The notes under the pieces were generated by a model. That model searched no databases and was not told the origin of the DNA. It saw nothing but the letters and a program-made list of their open reading frames with translations. Positions 1-6,983 of a DNA stretch of 40,896 nucleotides are shown one piece after another. The stretch's first letter is position 1, and every line of letters starts with the position of its first letter. This stretch comes from a virus, in IMG/VR virus record IMGVR_UViG_3300025324_000004; one strand, given 5' to 3'. The position numbers were made by a program, and so were the translations under genes.

Positions 1-99
1 AGACCACAACAGGATTCCAGATCGGTTGTCTCAGATTTCGATCAAGATGTCGGTGAATATTTCGAAGTTTGGGACAAAAGAGGCCAAAGCCGGTTCTAT
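1..99. repeat. Terminal overlap: bases 1-99 are identical to 40798-40896 (circular closure of the assembly; unit length 40797 bp)
   Basis: Read directly: both copies run agaccacaacaggattccag ... ccaaagccggttctat. Confidence 0.95.
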
Positions 100-1281
100 T
101 TGGCCGATGGGCTTGACGGCTATCTGAGAGAACCCGACCCGTGGCCTTATTGGTGTGACGGCTTTCCATACGAATGCCTCACCTATCGGGACGAGGCGTT
201 TCATCCCGAATGCACCATGTTCTACACTACCCCTGATTTAATCGTTTTCGAACCGCAGCTAGTCAATATCTCAAACATGATTTCTCAGATGGCGAATCAT
301 CGGAAGAGATTCAACCGCAAATACTTAGTGCCTCCAGGCATCCTGACTGAAACCCAAAAAGAGCTTCTTGCCGAGCCGGAAGATGGCGGGATTGTCGAGA
401 TAAGCGGCGATCCTCTCCAAGTCAGAGAGCTTAAAGACCTTCCATTGCCGACCGATGTTTACCGCCAATATCAACTTGAGCTAGAGAATTTCAGAATGAC
501 TTCAGGCATTCTTCAGACCGGATTTTCCGGTATACCCGGTGTGGATACGGCTACCGAGTCAAAGATTGTAGCTCAAGGGCCGATGGTCAGAGTTCAAGAC
601 AGGCAAAGTAAGACCGAAGATTTTATGCGACGCATATCGAGAAAGAGAGTACAGCTTATCTGGCAGTTCTATCATCCGTCCCGAATCGAGGAAATTCTTG
701 GCCGTCCGCTTGATTTTGTTTGGCCCGAACCGTCCAGGCGTAGGGTACAGCAGGAACTTGTCTACAAGATAGAACCCGGCTCGGCTAAACCGCCTGACGA
801 CGAAGCGCTCGAAGCTGTCAATTATCTCAAGACGGTTTCAGTCATTAGCGCGCCTCAGTTTATGGGTCAGATTCAGGATTGGGGCATTATCCTCAAGCAG
901 CTTCTCGATAAGGTCGGATTCAAGGAAGTCGAGCTTGCAATCGGTGACCAGAACAAAGAGATGCAAGACGCTCAGGTTGAGAACGAGTTTTTAGCCCAGA
1001 ATCTTCCTCAGGCGGTGACTGGAAACGATCAAGTTCATATGAAAGTTCATATGCAAAGCGGAATCAAAAACGATGCCATGATGCTTCATATCCAGGGACA
1101 TGCAGGCAGATTGCCTGAAGGCAAAGCGGAAATCGGCCCTCAAAAAGGGGACACTTCCACTCCTCGAAGTGGGGCCAGCCCTGAAATTGAAAGATCGGGC
1201 GCCACACGAATGTCTGATTTGCGCGGGGCCGCTTCAAATATCCGTGGCGGTACTGGAACTGAAACTGGGATGATGCGCTAG
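1..1281 (+). CDS. Portal protein, C-terminal part. Frame 1 is open from base 1 and continues the ORF starting at 40084. The joined ORF is about 664 aa.
   Basis: The frame is continuous across the 99-bp overlap. The gene lies directly downstream of the large terminase and upstream of scaffold and capsid genes. Its size is typical of portals. Stop is TAG at 1279-1281. Confidence 0.75.
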   Translation, partial: RPQQDSRSVVSDFDQDVGEYFEVWDKRGQSRFYLADGLDGYLREPDPWPYWCDGFPYECLTYRDEAFHPECTMFYTTPDLIVFEPQLVNISNMISQMANHRKRFNRKYLVPPGILTETQKELLAEPEDGGIVEISGDPLQVRELKDLPLPTDVYRQYQLELENFRMTSGILQTGFSGIPGVDTATESKIVAQGPMVRVQDRQSKTEDFMRRISRKRVQLIWQFYHPSRIEEILGRPLDFVWPEPSRRRVQQELVYKIEPGSAKPPDDEALEAVNYLKTVSVISAPQFMGQIQDWGIILKQLLDKVGFKEVELAIGDQNKEMQDAQVENEFLAQNLPQAVTGNDQVHMKVHMQSGIKNDAMMLHIQGHAGRLPEGKAEIGPQKGDTSTPRSGASPEIERSGATRMSDLRGAASNIRGGTGTETGMMR

Positions 1282-1320
1282 GCGGATGCGCTAGGCGGAT
1301 GCGCTAGGCGGATGCATTAG
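1272..1320. repeat. 13-bp tandem repeat gatgcgctaggcg x3 plus a degenerate fourth unit (gatgcattag)
   Basis: Read directly. It starts in the last portal codons. TAG triplets lie at 1279, 1292, 1305 and 1318. Confidence 0.9.
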
Positions 1321-1321
1321 C

Positions 1322-1609
1322 ATGATCTACGATTTCAAATGCACGGTTTGTTCCGAGGAGTTCAGCATTAGCCAGAAGATGAACGAGAAACATCAGGCCA
1401 AGCATTGCGGAACCAAGGCTCAGCGTGTTTACCGCCATGAAATCTCGGCTGATAGACTGTATCCGTACATGGAACACAATTTAGACCGGAATCCGATTGA
1501 GGTCAGAAGTAGAAATCATAGAAAAAAACTTTGCAATGAACGAAATCTAACTGATGAAGTTTCTTGGACAGGGAAGCGGCACAAGACAAAAACACTGTTC
1601 TTTACTTAA
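1322..1609 (+). CDS. Small Cys/His-containing protein, zinc-ribbon-like N-terminus (CTVC ... HCG)
   Basis: 95-aa ORF in the operon gap. The N-terminus MIYDFKCTVCSEEF resembles FmdB-type zinc ribbons. No clear SD. Confidence 0.45.
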   Translation: MIYDFKCTVCSEEFSISQKMNEKHQAKHCGTKAQRVYRHEISADRLYPYMEHNLDRNPIEVRSRNHRKKLCNERNLTDEVSWTGKRHKTKTLFFT

Positions 1610-1635
1610 AACCAGGTTGAAAAAGGAGGTAGATC

Positions 1636-1779
1636 ATGGCTGATAAGTTCGCGGCTAAAACTGGCGCGAAGCCTTTTAAGGGAGCGGAAGGTCTCAAGCG
1701 CCCAAAATCGGCGGTTATCGCGGTTGTCCAAGATGACGAGAGCCAGTTCACGCCGAATGCTCACAGCAAGAAGAAGTAA
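1636..1779 (+). CDS. Hypothetical 47-aa basic protein (below the ORF-track cutoff)
   Basis: ATG is preceded by AAGGAGG at 1623-1629. It fills the gap between 1609 and 1850. The antisense 1606..1884 ORF is less likely. Confidence 0.45.
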   Translation: MADKFAAKTGAKPFKGAEGLKRPKSAVIAVVQDDESQFTPNAHSKKK

Positions 1780-1831
1780 CTTGCATACAGCAAGAAGAAG
1801 TAACTGTACTAACAGAAGTAACTGTACTAAC
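1763..1831. repeat. Nested direct repeats: acagcaagaagaagtaact x2 (24-bp period) and agaagtaactgtactaac x2 (18-bp tandem)
   Basis: Read directly. The repeat duplicates the last codons plus the TAA stop of the 1636..1779 ORF. Confidence 0.9.
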
Positions 1832-1849
1832 AAAGGATAGGAGTCAATC

Positions 1850-2704
1850 ATGCCAAACCAGGTTCCGGCAACTGAGCAGGGCATCCTAAATGGTGAACCC
1901 GAATCTCAGACTGGAGCCGATTCTTCCACCGGAGACGAGAAATCCGATTCGGGGAAAAAGGAAGAAGGCGGTTCAAAGGAAGAAAAAGCCTTCAAGTATT
2001 GGCAATCTCAACATGACAAACTCGATAGGGAAACGAAAGAACTTCGTGAACTTAGAGAGTTGGTCGGCGGGGAGGAAACGCTGAAAGCCGGGGCGCAAAT
2101 CGCGCTTTGGGCTAAGAAAAATCCTGAAGAGTTTCGCAGATTTCAGGAATTTTTAGCCAATCCCAATCACTCGAAGGATGCGGTCGAAGATCAAGCGGCA
2201 GAGCTATTGGACGATCCGTCATTAAGCGGGGAACAACGAAAGAGCCTGAAGAAGCTCATCGACGGTGTTGTTCAGAGAGCGGAAAAAGCGTCGGACCGTA
2301 AATACGGTGAGAAGCTATCTTCTCTCGAACAAAAACTGGCTTCCCTGGAAGGGTCTGTGGGTTCCACTCTCGATGATAGCGCAGTGGCCAAAATAGCCAA
2401 TCTGAAACAGGAGTTTCCGGCTGAGTTGGTCGAAAAATACCAGTCCGAAATGAAAAAGGTCTTGCGGGACCGAACCGTGACGGCATTGGAAGCGTTCAAG
2501 AGAGTGGCGACCTGGGAGGATTTGAAGATAGCTCTGGACGACAAAAATAAAAGACAGGTCGAAAAAGCAAAAGGAGCTTCTTCAGATGGAAGAGGAAGCG
2601 GCGCCAAACCATCGAGTTCACCGTCTACCGGGAAATATCGGGATATCCGACAGACCGTTTCTGAAATCGGTCAAAAACTGCTCGGCAAGCACGGTCTCTC
2701 CTGA
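1850..2704 (+). CDS. Scaffolding-like protein (acidic, coiled-coil-rich, 284 aa)
   Basis: SD GGAG lies upstream. It sits between the portal and major capsid genes. Composition is K/E-rich and helical. Confidence 0.55.
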   Translation: MPNQVPATEQGILNGEPESQTGADSSTGDEKSDSGKKEEGGSKEEKAFKYWQSQHDKLDRETKELRELRELVGGEETLKAGAQIALWAKKNPEEFRRFQEFLANPNHSKDAVEDQAAELLDDPSLSGEQRKSLKKLIDGVVQRAEKASDRKYGEKLSSLEQKLASLEGSVGSTLDDSAVAKIANLKQEFPAELVEKYQSEMKKVLRDRTVTALEAFKRVATWEDLKIALDDKNKRQVEKAKGASSDGRGSGAKPSSSPSTGKYRDIRQTVSEIGQKLLGKHGLS

Positions 2705-2728
2705 GTTCTGGCCTGCATTCTCTTGCGT

Positions 2729-2806
2729 TTGAGCGAAGCTCCTGTTGAGCGAAGCTCCTGTTGAGCGAAGCTCCTGTTGAGCGAAGCTCCTGTTGAGCGA
2801 AGCTCT
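2729..2806. repeat. 16-bp tandem repeat ttgagcgaagctcctg, about 4.9 units; each unit contains the mini-palindrome GAGC-GAA-GCTC
   Basis: Read directly. gagcgaagctc starts at 2731, 2747, 2763, 2779 and 2795. The array ends about 12 nt before the capsid SD. Confidence 0.95.
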
Positions 2807-2829
2807 AATAATGAAACATAGGAGAGTGC

Positions 2830-3828
2830 ATGGCTACGACAGCATTGCAAACAAGCTATGACACATTCCTTACTGAGACGTTAGATAACGTCGTCAAGCA
2901 AATCGCGGACAACGTAACCACTCGTATTCCGCTCTTGTATTGGATGTATTCTAACGGACGAGTTAGGAAAACGTCAGGCGGCGCCCAAATTCGGCTCCCG
3001 ATCATTAAGGAACTGAATAATACGGCGCAATCCTACAACGACGATGATACGCTCGGAGTAGGAAAGCAAGACCCCGTGGAAGCGGCCTTCTATAACTGGA
3101 AGCAGCACGCTGTTTCTGTTTATGTGACTGGCCGTGAAATGATTCTGAATTCCGGGCCGGAAGGTATTATTGATCTGGTGGCGACATTGACCGAGCAGGC
3201 GGAAACGTCACTGATCGAAGTGCTTGACGATGACTTGCATAGTGCCAATACCGAATCCGACAATGGACTCACCGGGCTTCAGAATCTTGTCTCAACCTCA
3301 GTCTCTACAGGAACGACTGGGAACATCGCCAGAACGAACGCTTATTGGCGGAATATCGCTGATACGGTTTCGACCAACTGGTCAACCGATGGAATCCCAT
3401 CCATGCTTCGTCTCTGGAGACAGGTAGCTCGCGGTGGGGAACATCCTGACATCATCGAGTTCACCGGTTCGATGTTCGAGAATTACGAAAGAGTCCTTTC
3501 GGCAACGATCAGCTACAACTTGCCGCTTGGCTCAGTCGGAACCCCGATGGCGAACAAGACGCTCGGAGATATCGGGATTCAAAACCTGATGTTCAAGGGA
3601 GCGCCGATCATCTACGGCGATAGCGTTCCTGCGAACACGGGTTATTTCCTCAACACGAAATACCTGTGGTGGCAGATTCAGAGGGATCGAGACTTCGTGA
3701 ACACTCCGTTTATTCGGCCATCGAATAAGGATGTTCTCGTTGCTCAGATTCTTCTGATGTCCAACGTCGTTTCTAACCGTTTGGCGGCGCAAGGGGTCTT
3801 GACCGGCTCCGGCGACACCTACAGCTAA
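2830..3828 (+). CDS. Major capsid protein (332 aa)
   Basis: SD AGGAGAG lies upstream. The gene order terL-portal-scaffold-capsid is canonical, and the size fits HK97-fold coat proteins. Confidence 0.7.
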   Translation: MATTALQTSYDTFLTETLDNVVKQIADNVTTRIPLLYWMYSNGRVRKTSGGAQIRLPIIKELNNTAQSYNDDDTLGVGKQDPVEAAFYNWKQHAVSVYVTGREMILNSGPEGIIDLVATLTEQAETSLIEVLDDDLHSANTESDNGLTGLQNLVSTSVSTGTTGNIARTNAYWRNIADTVSTNWSTDGIPSMLRLWRQVARGGEHPDIIEFTGSMFENYERVLSATISYNLPLGSVGTPMANKTLGDIGIQNLMFKGAPIIYGDSVPANTGYFLNTKYLWWQIQRDRDFVNTPFIRPSNKDVLVAQILLMSNVVSNRLAAQGVLTGSGDTYS

Positions 3829-3841
3829 AAAGGAGGCAAAA

Positions 3842-4339
3842 ATGAGAAGGTTTGCATTCGCTTTTGCGTTTCTCTTTGCCTTCGCATTGGCGACTGGTAA
3901 TGCGCTGGCAAACAACCCGAATAACCCTGAGTCTTACCAGGAGCTTATTACCGTCTACAACAACTCCGGGTCTGCTCTCACTTCCGGAACTGTGGTTATT
4001 TGGGATACGACTGGAACTGCAGGCACTACGCTTGGTGGGTACGTTACAACAACTACTTCTGCCGACAGCAACTTGGCGGCAGGCGTTGTTGTGTCTGATT
4101 CCATCCCGGCTGCGGAAAGGGGAGTTATCTGCACCAAAGGCCCCTGCCAAGTCTTGATGGCTAACTCGACTGATGGAACGGCGGCGGCAGGAACGCCTAT
4201 CGGAACCAGTACGGTTTCCGGTCAGGCTGGTAATGCCGCATCGGACGCACCGATTGTTGGGACTTCGCTCCAAACTTCGGCAGTGTCGTCGGACACTCTC
4301 GTTATTTGGGCGTATATCAATCCTCAGTCGATCCCGTAA
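3842..4339 (+). CDS. Head-decoration-like Thr/Ser/Gly/Ala-rich protein with an N-terminal Sec-type signal peptide
   Basis: Strong SD AAAGGAGG. The N-terminus is MRRFAFAFAFLFAFALATGNALA/NN. The body resembles small beta-rich decoration proteins of the DUF2190 type (from memory). It lies immediately after the capsid gene. Confidence 0.5.
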   Translation: MRRFAFAFAFLFAFALATGNALANNPNNPESYQELITVYNNSGSALTSGTVVIWDTTGTAGTTLGGYVTTTTSADSNLAAGVVVSDSIPAAERGVICTKGPCQVLMANSTDGTAAAGTPIGTSTVSGQAGNAASDAPIVGTSLQTSAVSSDTLVIWAYINPQSIP

Positions 4340-4340
4340 C

Positions 4341-4420
4341 GAGGGAGAGTGGCGGTGGGCGGCAATAGGTTGGTGGCTTGAGGGACGTCACTTGTTGCTG
4401 CCCACTCCCTCAACTTTTCG
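4341..4420 (+). terminator. Long imperfect hairpin followed by CTTTTCGG; candidate rho-independent terminator after the capsid/decoration genes
   Basis: GAGGGAG..GTGGGCGGCAA (4341-4365) pairs with TTGCTGCCCAC-TCCCTC (4394-4410), then the T-tract follows. Confidence 0.5.
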
Positions 4421-4433
4421 GTAAAGGCAATAC

Positions 4434-5564
4434 TTGAAAGCTCTTTACGCTTTGTTTGCATTGATGCCGTTTTTCGCGCTTCCGTTTGCGGCTGATCAAG
4501 GCCGAATTCCTAGAATCGGATTGTTCCTTATTTCCGTAGGTGCGGCGAATCTGCTTGAAATGGCGAAAAGGCCGCTGAGAGTCTATTGGAACCGCGATCT
4601 GGCTCTGTTCTTGGGTTGGCTTGGCATCCTGTGGATATACAGGCTGGCTTGGCCCATGATGTGTTCCAAGTCAATGGTTCTCAATTTCTCTGAGGTCATG
4701 GCCTACTTCAATTTCGCGGCTGCCGTTTCCCTTTTCTGGCTTCTGGCGACACGGACTACGGCTAGAGATTGGGCGAGTCTCAATTTCATTATCCAGGTTA
4801 CAACTCTTGCGATAGCCCTGGTCGGAATCGGCCAAAAATTTGGGCTGTCTCCAATAGAGTTAAACACAAAAATAGGCCCGAATCCGGTCGCCGGATTTTT
4901 CGATAACCCGACTATATTTGGGTCATTCGTAGCGCTTGGAGCCTGCTCAATGCTCTCTTTTGAGGGCATTTTAGGCATTTGGGGCTATCTCATCTGCGGG
5001 ATAGCTATCGCCTTAAGCAATAGCGCGTCCGGGCTTACGGTTTGGTTCCTGGCGCTTGCAGTTCATTGGGTTATTGGCTTTGAGTTCAAAAGAGGAATGA
5101 TTCTTGGACTGTCCGCCTTTTTTGCGTGGTGGTTTCTCTCGCTCAGAGACGGTTTTTTCAGCATCGGAGACCGACTTGTCTATTGGGGATGGGCGAAAGA
5201 CTTGTGGCTTGAAAAATTTTGGTTTGGGTGGGGACTAGGAGCCTATCAGTTAATCGGATCGACCGAAGGCAAGCCCGGTTTTTGGAATAACGGGCATTGG
5301 GCTGCTCAGGCGCATAACGATTATTTGCAGCTTGGAGTCGAGGCCGGAATTATCGGACTCGGCCTTCTCTTTTGGTTCATCTATGGGATTTTGAGGAATT
5401 ACTTCAAAGCTCAGAAACCTGAAATATCTCGCGGCTGGCTTTCAGGATTTGTTGGATTTGGGGCGCTTGCTTTTGTTGGATTCCCGGCCCACCTGCCGAT
5501 GACTGCCATGCTTGGAGTCTTTTATTTAGCAGGCCTTGAATCCGTCGGGAAGCAGAACGGTTAG
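4434..5564 (+). CDS. O-antigen ligase / Wzy_C-family polytopic membrane protein (WaaL/Wzy/PglL-like)
   Basis: Multiple hydrophobic segments. It carries the Wzy_C signature AHNDYLQLGVEAGIIGLGLLFWF. The start is TTG with a weak SD, or alternatively ATG at 4464. Confidence 0.75.
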   Translation: MKALYALFALMPFFALPFAADQGRIPRIGLFLISVGAANLLEMAKRPLRVYWNRDLALFLGWLGILWIYRLAWPMMCSKSMVLNFSEVMAYFNFAAAVSLFWLLATRTTARDWASLNFIIQVTTLAIALVGIGQKFGLSPIELNTKIGPNPVAGFFDNPTIFGSFVALGACSMLSFEGILGIWGYLICGIAIALSNSASGLTVWFLALAVHWVIGFEFKRGMILGLSAFFAWWFLSLRDGFFSIGDRLVYWGWAKDLWLEKFWFGWGLGAYQLIGSTEGKPGFWNNGHWAAQAHNDYLQLGVEAGIIGLGLLFWFIYGILRNYFKAQKPEISRGWLSGFVGFGALAFVGFPAHLPMTAMLGVFYLAGLESVGKQNG

Positions 5565-5583
5565 ATAACTAAAGGGGAGATGT

Positions 5584-5808
5584 ATGCCTATTTTCGTGTC
5601 TCAACATGAAGTCAAAGATAAGTTAGGTCTTGATTGGGATTCGCTCACCAAAGAGCAAAAAGACTATTTTGGAGACGGTACCTGTCCTGACGGATACCCA
5701 ACAGTCGAAGGGTTCAACAAGCGATTCGGTAATAGCGATTCCGTTAATAGCGAAAATCAGGGAGAACCCGCCGTAAAGAAAGCTCAGAAGAAAGGAAGCA
5801 AGAAATGA
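5584..5808 (+). CDS. Hypothetical 74-aa protein
   Basis: SD AAAGGGGAG lies upstream. The stop overlaps the next start (ATGA). Confidence 0.5.
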   Translation: MPIFVSQHEVKDKLGLDWDSLTKEQKDYFGDGTCPDGYPTVEGFNKRFGNSDSVNSENQGEPAVKKAQKKGSKK

Positions 5809-6605
5809 GTCCATCTCTTGATTTCGATCCTAAACTCGTTCTTAAGGTGAATGATCTTAAAAGAGAATACGACTCTCTCAACAAAGCCATTATTGACTTG
5901 AGGGACCGCAAAAAAAAGGAAGAGCAAACCGAAAACGACGAACTCAAAAGGTCGCTCAGAGAATTCAATGCAAGACGCAGAGAAGAGGAACAGACATACG
6001 CGAAAAAGATGAGGGAGTTTTCAGACGCTCAGGCTCTTTTGGACAAGAGAATAAAATCCGTTGAAAAGCTGGAACTCCAGCGAAACGAGCTTGCCGAAAA
6101 GGAGAAAACGGTCAATCTTTTCGCTGTTCAGGTAGAGAAGCGCCGCCATGAATTGAATGAGAGAGAGCGGGTTTTGGGTAATCGGGAAAACGAAGTTGCC
6201 TCCAAGCTCGATCATGCGGCCAAACTCAAGGACGAAACCGAAGTGTTGAGATTGCGGCTTGAGAATGAAAGAAGGGATTTCTCGGCCCAAAAAGCAAAAG
6301 GCGAAGATGAACTCAAGAATGCGAAAGAGACTATTGATTATATGCTCAAGTTGCAGAATCAGGTTTCAGACCAATTAAGAGAAGCAAATACCAAAAGCGA
6401 TGAATCCCAAAAGCAGCTTAAGGAAGCAAAAGAGGCTTTGGATAAAGCGAATGAGAAAGAAGCCGAGGCCAAATCTCTTTTTGAGAAGGCGGTTGAATAC
6501 AAAAGGAATGCCGACAATATCAAAATTCTATATGAGAGAAAAGAACGCGATCTTGAAACAAAAAAGACGCAATTTGATCTGAAGCAATTAAAAGGGGAGA
6601 AATAA
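5805..6605 (+). CDS. K/E-rich coiled-coil protein (266 aa)
   Basis: ATGA coupling to the upstream ORF. The heptad-like charged composition runs throughout. Confidence 0.6.
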   Translation: MSPSLDFDPKLVLKVNDLKREYDSLNKAIIDLRDRKKKEEQTENDELKRSLREFNARRREEEQTYAKKMREFSDAQALLDKRIKSVEKLELQRNELAEKEKTVNLFAVQVEKRRHELNERERVLGNRENEVASKLDHAAKLKDETEVLRLRLENERRDFSAQKAKGEDELKNAKETIDYMLKLQNQVSDQLREANTKSDESQKQLKEAKEALDKANEKEAEAKSLFEKAVEYKRNADNIKILYERKERDLETKKTQFDLKQLKGEK

Positions 6606-6608
6606 TAG

Positions 6609-6983
6609 ATGGCTGGAAACCAACCCCCGGCAATTATTGGAGACCCTAGAAACGCCGGTCTGCCCACTATTCCAGGCAGGGAAATCGGGCCTGCTTCTGC
6701 GAGAACTGTCACTATCGGCACTGCTCCGACTCAGTTGGTTATCGGGGCAGGCAAATATCATATCGACCTGCATTATGCGACTTCCACAGTTAGGGGTGGG
6801 AATACGGACAACTATCTTAAATACGGCGGGAGCGATTGCGATAGTGGCGGGGCCGGCATTCTCTATCAGGGCCAGACTTTTCAATATCGAAACGTGACCA
6901 GCGACTTTTCGATTTATCTTGCCTCTTTAACAGGCGACATGACATTGGATGTGATCGAATATGAAACCACTCCAGAAACTTAA
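6609..6983 (+). CDS. Hypothetical structural-module protein (124 aa)
   Basis: SD AAAGGGGAG lies upstream. It is in the operon and overlaps the next gene by 23 nt. Confidence 0.5.
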   Translation: MAGNQPPAIIGDPRNAGLPTIPGREIGPASARTVTIGTAPTQLVIGAGKYHIDLHYATSTVRGGNTDNYLKYGGSDCDSGGAGILYQGQTFQYRNVTSDFSIYLASLTGDMTLDVIEYETTPET

